This document shows positions 17,489-27,418 of a stretch of DNA of 39,297 bases, in pieces; the stretch's first letter is position 1; every line of letters starts with the position of its first letter. The notes below the pieces were generated by a model. That model was not told the origin of the DNA and made no database searches. It saw only the letters and a list, made by a program, of their open reading frames with translations. The stretch comes from an uncultured Clostridium sp. (GTDB lineage Bacteria > Bacillota > Clostridia > Christensenellales > CAG-138). The stretch is taken from assembly GCA_964414925.1 (NCBI GenBank), contig CAYPXV010000003.1, positions 1 to 39,297 of the forward strand. The letters run 5' to 3'. The position numbers and the translations under genes were made by a program.

Positions 17489-19453
17489 TAATTTTACTTT
17501 GTTCTCAAAAGAGTCAACCTTATTGAAATCGGCATGTTCGATGATGTATTCCTTCCTTGGTGCAACTTTGTCTCCCATCAGTAGCGTAACAAGATGTTCC
17601 ACATATGCGGCATCTTCAATGGTTACTTGAACTAATGAACGATTTGCCGGATTTAGCGTTGTTTCCCAAAGCTGTTCGGGGTTCATTTCTCCCAGTCCCT
17701 TGTAACGTTGAAGGGTATAACCTTTCATTCCTTTGGTTATTTTAGAAAGTTCATCGTCATCATAAGCATAGATTACTTCTTTACCCTTTTGTACCTTGTA
17801 TAAAGGGGGCATTCCCATGTAAACATGCCCACTCGTTATTAACTCTCGGGTATAACGATAAAAGAAAGTAAGAAGTAATGCACGTATATGTGCGCCGTCC
17901 TGGTCAGCATCGGACAAGATAATAACTTTGTTATATTTCAAATTCGCAAGTTCAAAATCCTCTCCGATTCCGGTACCCAGTGCGGTAATTATTGAACGAC
18001 ATTCATCGTTTTGAAGTACCTGCTCCAATCTTCTTTTTTCTACATTCAAGGGCTTTCCCCTCAAAGGCAATATTGCTTGGAATTTTCTGTCACGACCCTG
18101 CTTTGCACTTCCGCCTGCCGAATCACCCTCAACTATGAAAAGCTCATTTAATTCTGCGTTGCGTCCCGTGCAACTTGACAGCTTTCCGACAAGAGGTGCA
18201 TTCTCAAGCTTTGATTTCTCTCGTGCCATGGATTTTGCCTTGCGGGCAGCTTCTCTTGCTTTTGCAGCCTTCAATGCTTTATCCGCAATTGTCGATGCCA
18301 ACTGTGCATTCTTTAAATCCTCCAAAATCGGTGTCAGCATATCGGTAACAATGCTTTCTACTGCGGTTCTGGCTTCGGTATTGCCAAGCTTCGTTTTCGT
18401 TTGTCCCTCAAACTGTATCGAACTCATTTTAAGTGACAATACCGCCGTAAGTCCTTCACGGAAGTCCTCTCCCGATAGTGACGAATCCTTATCCTTTAAA
18501 ATGCCTATGCGCCTGCAATAGTCGTTCATTACCTTCGTCAGGGCAGAGCGAAATCCCGTTTCGTGCGTTCCGCCCTCGGTTGTGGGAATGTTATTTACAT
18601 ACGAAAAAACGCTTTCCGCATAACCGTCATTGTGTTGCATTGCAATTTCTATGACTATAACATTGTTGCCGGTATTGCGCATACCGGTAAAGTATATCGG
18701 TATATCGTAAAGTACGGTTTTATCCGCATTCAGATATGTTACAAAATCAATTATACCACCATCATATTTGTACTCTTTTTGTCTGTTTTCGTCGGTGATT
18801 CTGTTATCGGTAAAACGAAAAAGAACACCCTTGTTTAAATATGCCAACTCGTTTAACCTCTTTGATACAACGTCATGGCTCATCTCCACGGTTTCAAAAA
18901 CTCTGTCATCGGGCATAAATGTTACTTTGGTGCCTTGCCTGCGGGTTCGTCCGACTTCGGCAAGAGGTGCAACGGGAATACCCGAATGCATATTGCCCTC
19001 GTCATCCATGTAACTGTGAAAACGAATTTTATAGAGCTTTCCGGCTGTCGCAACTTCTACTTCGACATATCTTGATAGGGCGTTGACAACGGATGCTCCC
19101 ACCCCGTGAAGTCCACCGGAAAATCCGTATGAATCATTATCGAATTTTCCGCCTGCATGAAGCTGAGTATATACGACTTCCACACCGGAAATGTTCAGTT
19201 TTTCATGTATTCCGACAGGAATGCCTCTGCCGTTGTCCTCTACGGTAACAGAATTATCGCTGTTGATTGTTACGTTTATTTCATTTGCATATCCGTTCGC
19301 CGCTTCGTCTACTGCATTGTCAACGATTTCCCATAGCATATGATGAAGTCCTCTGCTGCCGGTACTTCCGATGTACATACCCGGTCTTATTCTAACAGCC
19401 TCAAGTCCTTCCATTACTTTAATATCGTCAACCGTATAATCATGTGTACGCAT
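17486..19453 (-). CDS. Type IIA DNA topoisomerase subunit B (GyrB/ParE family, ParE-like C-terminus)
   Basis: Full-length protein with a GHKL ATPase (GLHHMLWEIVDNAVDEA, GGLHGVGASVVNA), a transducer domain (QFEGQTKTKLGN), a Toprim domain (EGDSAGGSAKQGRD, PLRGK, DADQDGAHI) and a tail. No A subunit is adjacent. Confidence 0.9.
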   Translation of the reverse strand: MRTHDYTVDDIKVMEGLEAVRIRPGMYIGSTGSRGLHHMLWEIVDNAVDEAANGYANEINVTINSDNSVTVEDNGRGIPVGIHEKLNISGVEVVYTQLHAGGKFDNDSYGFSGGLHGVGASVVNALSRYVEVEVATAGKLYKIRFHSYMDDEGNMHSGIPVAPLAEVGRTRRQGTKVTFMPDDRVFETVEMSHDVVSKRLNELAYLNKGVLFRFTDNRITDENRQKEYKYDGGIIDFVTYLNADKTVLYDIPIYFTGMRNTGNNVIVIEIAMQHNDGYAESVFSYVNNIPTTEGGTHETGFRSALTKVMNDYCRRIGILKDKDSSLSGEDFREGLTAVLSLKMSSIQFEGQTKTKLGNTEARTAVESIVTDMLTPILEDLKNAQLASTIADKALKAAKAREAARKAKSMAREKSKLENAPLVGKLSSCTGRNAELNELFIVEGDSAGGSAKQGRDRKFQAILPLRGKPLNVEKRRLEQVLQNDECRSIITALGTGIGEDFELANLKYNKVIILSDADQDGAHIRALLLTFFYRYTRELITSGHVYMGMPPLYKVQKGKEVIYAYDDDELSKITKGMKGYTLQRYKGLGEMNPEQLWETTLNPANRSLVQVTIEDAAYVEHLVTLLMGDKVAPRKEYIIEHADFNKVDSFENKVKL

Positions 19454-19465
19454 ATTATTCTTCCT

Positions 19466-22400
19466 TTACATTCCCAATTGTTTGTTTACTGCCTTTAACT
19501 TCTTTCTTATTTCGACAATTTCATCGTCAATTCCGCTCGTCTTATTTATCTCTTCAATAAGCTCCCGTTCGTCGGTATCAAGCTTCTGTAATTTCATTAC
19601 CGTTTCGTTGAGCTTCGCCGAAAGACCGTTAAGACAGTTATCCATCCTTGCAACTATGCCCATTGCGCTCTCGCTTAATTCGGATTTATAACAGCCTGTT
19701 CCTTTCAACAGGAAAACTCGTCTTGCGTCAATTAGGTTATTCGCAATAAATAACTGAAAACCACGGTAACTTCCTATGAGCTTATCTTCCCTTAAAAACG
19801 CATATTCAGCAAGAAGTTCTATGAGTCGTTCTCCCGCATCGCGCCTCTTCCTGAAAGTTTCTTCCATTATTTGCATTGAGAAGCTTTGCGGCTCCTTTTC
19901 AAGCAGTGAATAGTCATCGGAAAACATCGATTTGAGCCTGTTAAGCTCCGCACGCTTGGACGGCAACTGTAAAAGTGCTTCGTTAGCTTCGAGTTTCCTG
20001 TGCTGTATTTTCGATTGTAACATCAATTTGCGCTGCAACATCGTCTCCAACTCTATCTTACGCTTTATGAGAGGATTGCCTACCGCAAGGGATTTTACTT
20101 CGCTATAGGTCAAGACAGCTTCATCAACTTCGTCGCCTGTTCGATTCGTATAGCTGCCGCATATTATCTGTGAAATAAATCGCTGCTTATTTTCCAGTAT
20201 TTGCCAGGAGTATGCATCAAAACTTCCGTTTGTAATGTATCGATATATCTTTACATTGTCATTCTTGTTGCCCTGACGCAGCATACGACCTTCTCGTTGT
20301 GTAACATCCGACGGTCTCCACGGAATATCAAGATGGTGGATTGCAACGAGATAGTTCTGGACATTCGAGCCGATTCCGAGCTTGGATGTTGAACCGATTA
20401 AAATACGTATTTTTCCCCTTCGCACTTTGCCGAAAAGAACAGCTCTGGTTGAGTCCGTTACCGCATCATGCACAAATGCGATTTCGTCGGAGGGAATACC
20501 GTTATCGATAAGCTTGTACTTTATGTCGTCATAAAGATTAAAACTGTCCTTAGGTGTACTTTGATCAAGAAAAACCAATTGAGTCAGTTTTTCGGTGCTT
20601 TTCCATATCGACGTTACATTCTTAACGCAATAATTAAGTTTGGAATCGGAATCGTCGCTTGCATCGGGATCGACCAATCTCATATCAAGTGCTGCTTTTC
20701 TGCCGTCGGTTGTTATTTTCAACATATTATCCTCCGTTCGGGGGATGATACCTGCCTTTACTCTATCAGCTCTTTCGGCAAGTTGAGCTATGTATTCTTT
20801 CAGAGAATCACCGGATTGAACGATACAATTAACCGTTTCTACATACGACGGAAGTTTACTGTCATCACCGGACGTATAATACATGTCGGCTATATCGGCA
20901 AGCATCAGCGAAAGTTCGGGAAGATTATAATACCTGCTTAATCGCTTGCGCAGTCTGTATTCTACACCGTTAGCCTCAACCTCAAATTCTTCGGTTATTT
21001 CGGAAAACATCTTTATCCAATTGTCAAATTCGGAAAGGTTGAGATTCTCCAGCGTTTCATAACCCAAATATTTCTGTATGGTATAAATGTCCGAAACGGA
21101 ATTTGTAACCGGAGTTCCCGTCGCAAAAACAACTCCTCGTCCGTTGTTATTACGCTGAACAAACCGAATCTTTGTCAACATATCATCACATCGCTTCGAA
21201 CCTTTTGTATTAAGTCCCGGCAAGGATGAATGTTTGGTATCTATGGTTATGTTTTTGAAATTATGAGCTTCATCGACAAAGAGCGTATTGATATTCAGCT
21301 CATCAAAACAAATGCTATGAGGTACATCGTCCTGCTCACTTTCCCATAGCAATTTAAGTTTATGACTTATTTTTGCAGACTGCCTGTTAAGCACGCAGTA
21401 CGCATCCGTATCTACGGAAGTTTGCATAGCTTGAACTATCGTGTTATGAGCATCCATTAATTCACGCTCACGTTCTTCCCGTGAAATGGGAATAAGTGCA
21501 AAGCTTGTGTATGTCATGATTATTGCATCATAATCACTTTCGATGATATGCTTTAACACTCGATTGCGCCTGGCAGGGGAGAATTGTCGAGGTTCTATTA
21601 CTAAAATCGATGCGTCGGGGTATAGATTCTTAAACTCATTGTTCCATTGCTCTAAAATATTGTTTGGTATAACAAACAGATTTCGTTTTGATACTCCGAG
21701 TCTGCGCATTTCCATGGCAGCGGCAGCCATGACATATGTCTTTCCCGCTCCGACTTGATGCGCTAACAGAATGTTTTTTGAATTTATTACACGACGTATT
21801 GCGTTGAGTTGGTATTCCTGAAGCTGAATTTCGGGGTTCTTTCCGGGTAAGAGCATCGGAGAACCGTTAAAACGTCTCGGTACAATCGCACAGAATTTTT
21901 CGTTGTATAAATCAACAATCTTCTTGCCCCGTGATTCGTCCTTGAAAAGCCAATAGTTGAAGCGATCGGATATTTGTCTTGCCTTTTCCTGAACAAGCAG
22001 CGTCTCGGCCTTGTTGATTTTTCTGGTCTTTTTTCGAGTTTCAAATGATACATATGTTTCATAAACAAGTAACTCGCGCGAATTAAGCAGTCGCTCTATA
22101 ATCTCAAAAGCATTCATCTCCGATGTACCGTATGTAAGCTTTGCTCGAGTGAACTCGGAAAAAAGACGCTTGCCTTTGATAATATAATGATTGGCAGGAC
22201 GAACGTATTCTACTTGCAGCCCGACTTTGCCGGACAGTGATTTTATGCCGATAAGTGCTATTATAAAATCCCTGTATACCTCAACGGGAATCCACGGGCT
22301 TCCTATCGCAACTTTGATTTGCTTTGAAGTAATTCTCTTAGGCATTACGATTTTTAACGCAGAAATATTCTCGCTGAGATCGACAAACGAAGGCTCTTTC

Positions 22401-22669
22401 TTTTGCTCTATCGCTGCTTCGGCATATTTGATTTTCGAAAAAATGTTTCCGGATAAATACTCGTCTGCCGACACAAAATCTTCTCTTTCGGGGTCATAAT
22501 AAATTACACCCCTGAGCAGGTCGAATGCTTCCTGCGGGGTCAGATTTGTAAGCGAAGCGATGATATCAAGATCAACTCGTCCGGTTTTTTCCATGCAACA
22601 GCTCAATGCCTCATGAGCAGTCATAATCTCGGCGGAATTATTCCTTTCATCTATTGTAAAATCGCTCAT
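19466..22669 (-). CDS. Large SF2 (SNF2/DEAH-like) helicase-family protein with an N-terminal domain of unknown function and a C-terminal coiled-coil region
   Basis: Motif I LLAHQVGAGKT, motif II VDEAHNFKN, motif III ATGTPVTNS, motifs V-VI IGSTSKLGIGSNVQ and QREGRMLRQGN. About 290 aa precede motif I. The last 250 aa or so are heptad-rich. Confidence 0.8.
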   Translation of the reverse strand: MSDFTIDERNNSAEIMTAHEALSCCMEKTGRVDLDIIASLTNLTPQEAFDLLRGVIYYDPEREDFVSADEYLSGNIFSKIKYAEAAIEQKKEPSFVDLSENISALKIVMPKRITSKQIKVAIGSPWIPVEVYRDFIIALIGIKSLSGKVGLQVEYVRPANHYIIKGKRLFSEFTRAKLTYGTSEMNAFEIIERLLNSRELLVYETYVSFETRKKTRKINKAETLLVQEKARQISDRFNYWLFKDESRGKKIVDLYNEKFCAIVPRRFNGSPMLLPGKNPEIQLQEYQLNAIRRVINSKNILLAHQVGAGKTYVMAAAAMEMRRLGVSKRNLFVIPNNILEQWNNEFKNLYPDASILVIEPRQFSPARRNRVLKHIIESDYDAIIMTYTSFALIPISREERERELMDAHNTIVQAMQTSVDTDAYCVLNRQSAKISHKLKLLWESEQDDVPHSICFDELNINTLFVDEAHNFKNITIDTKHSSLPGLNTKGSKRCDDMLTKIRFVQRNNNGRGVVFATGTPVTNSVSDIYTIQKYLGYETLENLNLSEFDNWIKMFSEITEEFEVEANGVEYRLRKRLSRYYNLPELSLMLADIADMYYTSGDDSKLPSYVETVNCIVQSGDSLKEYIAQLAERADRVKAGIIPRTEDNMLKITTDGRKAALDMRLVDPDASDDSDSKLNYCVKNVTSIWKSTEKLTQLVFLDQSTPKDSFNLYDDIKYKLIDNGIPSDEIAFVHDAVTDSTRAVLFGKVRRGKIRILIGSTSKLGIGSNVQNYLVAIHHLDIPWRPSDVTQREGRMLRQGNKNDNVKIYRYITNGSFDAYSWQILENKQRFISQIICGSYTNRTGDEVDEAVLTYSEVKSLAVGNPLIKRKIELETMLQRKLMLQSKIQHRKLEANEALLQLPSKRAELNRLKSMFSDDYSLLEKEPQSFSMQIMEETFRKRRDAGERLIELLAEYAFLREDKLIGSYRGFQLFIANNLIDARRVFLLKGTGCYKSELSESAMGIVARMDNCLNGLSAKLNETVMKLQKLDTDERELIEEINKTSGIDDEIVEIRKKLKAVNKQLGM

Positions 22670-22681
22670 CTATTACTTCCT

Positions 22682-23485
22682 TTAAATTTGAATTTTATAA
22701 AAGCTCGGTTTTAGCTTGTCAAAGGTAGCTGCATACTTTATGCCCGATTGAACTGCAAGATGTAACGCATCATCAAAACGATAACCTATCTTGTTAGTGT
22801 CATGAGTGTCGGAACCGACAGTGATAAATTCACCGCCGAGTAAGCGGTATCTTTTTAATATGTCACTTCCCCATAGCGGATCATCCCACCATGCGGATGT
22901 ATTTATCTCAATGCCCTTCCCGTCGGCAATTATGATTTTGAATATTTCGTTAAAAAGTTCTTCGGCTATATTAAGCGTCATCGCTCTTTCTTTAAACGGT
23001 GCGTATTTGGTAACAAAATCATAATGCCCCAGTACACTGTAATTATTGCAGGTCTTTATTCCTCTCAAAATCATATCAAGGTAGTTATAGTAAGCAGTTT
23101 GTTTTGTCTTTTTCCGAAAATAATTATCCGAATAAGTTTCAATGCCGTCAACCAAATGAACGGAAGCAATAATGAAATCCGGGTCCGCATCACAAATACT
23201 GTAAAGTGCTTTCGATGCCGCATCAAAAGCATCAAGACTTATTTCAGCTCCGAATTTAAGCTTTATATCTTCCTTGTTTACATCGGCATTGTCAATAAAT
23301 TCTTTTAATTTTTTTACATCGGCACACGGACGGGGATGTATGCGAATCGATTTATCGAAATCAATGTGGTCAGTGAAACACAGCTCACTTATACCGCTCT
23401 TTTTCGCACGTTCTATTTGTTCTAAAGGAGAACATGTACAATCATGAGAGAAAAACGTATGTACATGATAGTCACTTTTGTACAT
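22682..23485 (-). CDS. PHP-domain phosphoesterase, histidinol-phosphatase HisJ family
   Basis: The N-terminal YHVHTFFSHD metal-binding motif, then TDH, SVH and GSDTH motifs, in a length of about 267 aa typical of HisJ/HisK PHP enzymes. Confidence 0.8.
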   Translation of the reverse strand: MYKSDYHVHTFFSHDCTCSPLEQIERAKKSGISELCFTDHIDFDKSIRIHPRPCADVKKLKEFIDNADVNKEDIKLKFGAEISLDAFDAASKALYSICDADPDFIIASVHLVDGIETYSDNYFRKKTKQTAYYNYLDMILRGIKTCNNYSVLGHYDFVTKYAPFKERAMTLNIAEELFNEIFKIIIADGKGIEINTSAWWDDPLWGSDILKRYRLLGGEFITVGSDTHDTNKIGYRFDDALHLAVQSGIKYAATFDKLKPSFYKIQI

Positions 23486-23532
23486 TTATAACACCTCGTC
23501 CATGTATTTACTCTGTATTTCTGAGCTCAGTA

Positions 23533-23560
23533 TTATAACACAAAAAAGCTATATATTCAA
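23533..23560 (-). promoter_or_regulatory. Candidate promoter of the PHP-helicase-topoisomerase operon (TTGAAT-16-TGtTATAAT on the minus strand)
   Basis: Hexamers read from the reverse complement, about 45 nt upstream of the GAGGTG RBS and the ATG at 23485. Confidence 0.5.
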
Positions 23561-23711
23561 ATGAAATCTTGCACTGACGGAGATTTATATTTCGCATTCG
23601 GGCAAACAAGGATTTGGATAGGTCTCAACGCTTAATCAACATCGATAATTGTGATTACAATAAAGATATATAAAAATTTATGAAATTTTATGAAAATTCC
23701 GATAGTATTGG

Positions 23712-23740
23712 TTGACATTTATAGGTGAAAAGAGTATAAT
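23712..23740 (+). promoter_or_regulatory. Perfect-consensus SigA promoter (TTGACA-17-TATAAT)
   Basis: -35 at 23712-23717 and -10 at 23735-23740. The ATG of the aminotransferase begins 7 nt after the -10. Confidence 0.6.
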
Positions 23741-23746
23741 TTGCAC

Positions 23747-25069
23747 ATGGGAAACAATAAAAGAGAGTTTCGGAAAGGGGACTATCTGAAAAGCGTGAAT
23801 AGAGATAACTTAGATTTAGTAGCACTTAAGAAACTACACGAAGAATCAACTCAGCAATTTACATCAATTGTAGAACAAAAGTTAAAGCTCAATATGGCAA
23901 GAGGAAAGCCGAGTGCAGCACAGCTGGCACTTTCCGGCAGATTATTAAATATGCCTATTGAGGATACAATGGATGACGGTGTTGAAGCTCGTAACTATGG
24001 CGAACTCATGGGTTTACATTCATGCCGTAAGCTTTTTGCGGACTTATTGGGTGTAAAATATGAGCAGGTTTTCGTTGGCGGAAATTCAAGTCTTACTTTA
24101 ATGTACGATACGATTTCCAAGGCGTATACACATGGCTTACTGCATTCGGATAAACCGTGGTCGCAGCTTGATGAGGTTTCTTTCATTTGCCCTGTGCCGG
24201 GATATGATCGCCATTTTGCGATTTCGGCTGCATTCGGAATGAAAATGATTCCCGTTGCAATGCTTGATGACGGACCGGACATGGACGAAGTAGAAAGACT
24301 TGTTCGTGACGAGAAGGTAAAAGGTATGTGGTGCGTACCTAAATATTCAAATCCGACAGGCACCGTGTACAGCGAAGAAACGATAAAACGAATTGCAAAC
24401 CTGAAGCCTGCGGCAAAAGATTTTATCCTCATGTGGGATAATGCTTATTGCGTGCATGACCTTTACAACGTTGCAGCTCCGCAAATAGATATTCTTTCCG
24501 TGTGCGAGCAGGCAGGTAATGCCGATATGCCGTTTGAGTTTGCTTCCACTTCAAAGATGACATTCCCGGGTTCGGGCGTGGCATGCTTTGCTTGCAGTGA
24601 AGCAAATATGGACTATATGAAAAAGCTGATAACCGCTCAGTCAATCAGTTATGACAAGATAAATCAACTTCGTCATGTTCTGTTCTTCAAAGATAAGGAT
24701 GGCGTGATTGAGCATATGAGGAAACATGCGGAAATTCTGAAACCGAAATTCGATATGGTTGACAGAATCTTAACGGAAGAAATAGGCGAACTCGGTATTG
24801 CTTCATGGACAAAACCTGAAGGCGGTTACTTTGTGAGCTTAAATGTTGCCAACGGATGTGCTAAACGTGTTCATGAGCTTTGCCGTGAAGCAGGTGTCGT
24901 TATGACCGATGCGGGCGCAACATATCCGGGAAAAGTTGACCCGAATGACAGTAATTTGAGGATTGCTCCCAGCTTCCCATCTTTAGAAGAGCTTGAAAGC
25001 GCAATGCGAGTTCTTTGCGTATGTATCAAGCTTGCAACATGTGAGAAACTGATCAATAAATTGATGTAA
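23747..25069 (+). CDS. PLP-dependent aminotransferase (class I/II fold, Asp_aminotransf PF12897-like)
   Basis: Motifs [30 protein letters not shown] and [11 protein letters not shown] match my recollection of this clostridial aminotransferase family. The start could be ATG 23747 or TTG 23741. Confidence 0.8.
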   Translation: MGNNKREFRKGDYLKSVNRDNLDLVALKKLHEESTQQFTSIVEQKLKLNMARGKPSAAQLALSGRLLNMPIEDTMDDGVEARNYGELMGLHSCRKLFADLLGVKYEQVFVGGNSSLTLMYDTISKAYTHGLLHSDKPWSQLDEVSFICPVPGYDRHFAISAAFGMKMIPVAMLDDGPDMDEVERLVRDEKVKGMWCVPKYSNPTGTVYSEETIKRIANLKPAAKDFILMWDNAYCVHDLYNVAAPQIDILSVCEQAGNADMPFEFASTSKMTFPGSGVACFACSEANMDYMKKLITAQSISYDKINQLRHVLFFKDKDGVIEHMRKHAEILKPKFDMVDRILTEEIGELGIASWTKPEGGYFVSLNVANGCAKRVHELCREAGVVMTDAGATYPGKVDPNDSNLRIAPSFPSLEELESAMRVLCVCIKLATCEKLINKLM

Positions 25070-25088
25070 TATTTTTCTGGAGGAAAAA

Positions 25089-26132
25089 ATGAAAAAGATG
25101 ATGAATGCCCTTGTCAAGACAGAAGCGGCTAAGGGCTTGACACTTATGCAAGTTCCCGTACCCGAACCGGGAATGGGCGAAGTGTTGATTAAAATTCGTA
25201 AGACAGCTATTTGCGGAACCGATGTTCATATATATAATTGGGACTCATGGTCTCAGCAGCATCTTACACCCCCCGTTGTGGTTGGTCATGAATACGTTGG
25301 CGAAATCGCACAGCTCGGAGAGGGCGTAACAGGACTTTACGTCGGTCAGCGTGTATCGGGCGAAGGTCATATCGTTTGCGGACATTGCCGTAATTGCCGC
25401 AGTGGCAACGGTCAGTGGTGCGAGCATACCCGTGGTGTCGGTGTTGAAAGAGACGGTGCTTTTGCCGAATATCTCTGCATTCCCGCTTCCAACGTCGTAC
25501 CGATGGACGGAAATAACATCCCCGATGATATTATCTCATTCTTTGATGCATATGGTAACGCCACACATACAGCTCTCATGTTTGATGTTATCGGTGAAGA
25601 CGTAATCATTACCGGTGCAGGTCCTATAGGCATGATGGCAGCGGCGATTGTCAGACATAATGGGGCACGCAACGTCATAATCACGGACGTTAACGAATAT
25701 AGATTGAACTTAGCTAAAACCCTCGGAGCAACACGTCCTGTTAATGTAGCAAAGGAAAACTTGGCTGATGTTATGAAGGAACTCGGAATTAAAGAAGGTT
25801 TTGACGTCGGTTTGGAAATGAGCGGTAACGGCGGTGCGCTGAATCAGCTCATTAAGTCGATGAGACATGGCGGAAAGGTCGCTTTGCTCGGTATTGCAGG
25901 ACCCGGAACCGTTGTTGACTGGAACGATATCATTTTCAAAGGACTTACACTGCAAGGCATCTACGGCAGGAAAATGTTTGAAACATGGTATAAGATGGGT
26001 GCAATGATTGAGGCAGGTCTTGATCTTACCCCGATGGTAACTCACAAGTTCAATTATCGTGACTTCGAAAAGGGCTTCGAAGCGATGATGAGCGGTAAGA
26101 GCGGTAAAGTTGTCCTTGATTGGACTGAATAA
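25089..26132 (+). CDS. tdh: L-threonine 3-dehydrogenase
   Basis: Strong similarity to E. coli Tdh ([40 protein letters not shown]). GGAGG RBS. Confidence 0.93.
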   Translation: MKKMMNALVKTEAAKGLTLMQVPVPEPGMGEVLIKIRKTAICGTDVHIYNWDSWSQQHLTPPVVVGHEYVGEIAQLGEGVTGLYVGQRVSGEGHIVCGHCRNCRSGNGQWCEHTRGVGVERDGAFAEYLCIPASNVVPMDGNNIPDDIISFFDAYGNATHTALMFDVIGEDVIITGAGPIGMMAAAIVRHNGARNVIITDVNEYRLNLAKTLGATRPVNVAKENLADVMKELGIKEGFDVGLEMSGNGGALNQLIKSMRHGGKVALLGIAGPGTVVDWNDIIFKGLTLQGIYGRKMFETWYKMGAMIEAGLDLTPMVTHKFNYRDFEKGFEAMMSGKSGKVVLDWTE

Positions 26133-26161
26133 ACAAAATCGACGAAAGGAATTTTATTTAA

Positions 26162-27343
26162 ATGAACAAAGCATATGAAATTTTTCGTAACGAACTTGCC
26201 TCAATAAAAGAAGCAGGCACTTACAAGGATGAGCGTATAATCACGACTCCGCAGAAGGCTCGTATCAATACGACAGCTAAAGACGGTGTACTCAATATGT
26301 GCGCTAATAACTATCTCGGCTTGTCCGATAATAAAGATATTATTGCCGCTGCAAAAGCCAGCTATGATAACTGGGGCTTCGGTTTATCTTCTGTCCGCTT
26401 TATCTGCGGTACACAGCAAATCCATAAGCAGCTCGAGCGCAAGCTTGCAGATTTTATCGGTACTGATGACTGTATTCTTTATTCATCCTGCTTTGATGCA
26501 AACGGCGGTCTTTTCGAAACCCTCTTGGGCAAAGAAGATGCGGTTATTTCCGATGAACTTAATCATGCCAGCATCATTGACGGTGTTCGTCTGTGCAAAG
26601 CTCAGAGATTCCGTTATAAGAACAATAACATGGATGACCTCCGTGCCCAACTCGAAGCTGCCAAGGATTGCAGAATTAAACTTATTGCAACCGATGGCGT
26701 ATTCTCTATGGATGGCTTCATTGCCAATTTGCCCGCAATCTGTGACCTCGCAGATGAATACGGCGCATTGGTAATGGTTGACGACAGCCATGCTGTAGGC
26801 TTTATGGGCGAACATGGACGCGGAACCGCAGAGGCTTGCGGCGTTATGGGTCGTGTAGACATAGTTACAGGTACTCTCGGTAAGGCAATGGGCGGTGCAA
26901 GCGGCGGATATACCTGCGCCCGTCAGGAAATAATCGATCTGCTCCGTCAAAAATCCCGTCCCTACCTTTTCTCCAATACTCTTGCTCCCGCAATTTGCGC
27001 AGCATCGATTAAGGTTATCGATATGCTGACAGAGTCAACCGAACTCAGAGACAGAGTTCACGAGAATACACGTTATTTCCGTCAGGAACTCGGCAAGCTC
27101 GGTTTCGATGTGCCCGAAAGCACACATCCCATAGTCCCTGTTATGCTCTATGATGCTAAAGTTGCTCAGGAGTTTGCAAAGCGTATGCTCGAAAAGGGTG
27201 TTTATGTAGTCGGTTTCTGCTATCCCGTTGTTCCTATGGGAAAGGCAAGGATTCGTACTCAAGTATCTGCCGGACATACAAAGGAAGATCTCGATTTTGC
27301 TGTTCGTTGCTTCAAAGAAGTTAAAGAAGAAATGGGCATCTAA
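26162..27343 (+). CDS. kbl: Glycine C-acetyltransferase (2-amino-3-ketobutyrate CoA ligase)
   Basis: Alpha-oxoamine synthase family (NNYLGL, DDSHAVG, the [12 protein letters not shown]-lysine region), immediately downstream of tdh. Confidence 0.92.
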   Translation: MNKAYEIFRNELASIKEAGTYKDERIITTPQKARINTTAKDGVLNMCANNYLGLSDNKDIIAAAKASYDNWGFGLSSVRFICGTQQIHKQLERKLADFIGTDDCILYSSCFDANGGLFETLLGKEDAVISDELNHASIIDGVRLCKAQRFRYKNNNMDDLRAQLEAAKDCRIKLIATDGVFSMDGFIANLPAICDLADEYGALVMVDDSHAVGFMGEHGRGTAEACGVMGRVDIVTGTLGKAMGGASGGYTCARQEIIDLLRQKSRPYLFSNTLAPAICAASIKVIDMLTESTELRDRVHENTRYFRQELGKLGFDVPESTHPIVPVMLYDAKVAQEFAKRMLEKGVYVVGFCYPVVPMGKARIRTQVSAGHTKEDLDFAVRCFKEVKEEMGI

Positions 27344-27418
27344 TGTGAATTTATTTTCGTTGAGCGGTTGGAAACAGCCGCTCAATGTGGTAATAAGTTA
27401 TAAATCTGGAGTACAAAT

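Noticed and set aside
17486-23485. The idea that the helicase/topoisomerase/PHP block is a prophage or ICE remnant.
   Set aside because: No integrase, recombinase, tRNA-flanked junction, direct repeats or obvious compositional break is visible. The flanks are ordinary housekeeping genes, so it is reported only as an unusual operon.
23560-23711. An AT-rich 150-nt stretch with a short direct repeat (TTATGAAATTTTATGAAAATT) and small hairpins, considered as a possible sRNA or regulator binding array.
   Set aside because: It has no promoter/terminator pair of its own. The repeats are short and expected by chance in AT-rich divergent promoter DNA. I kept only the two flanking promoters.
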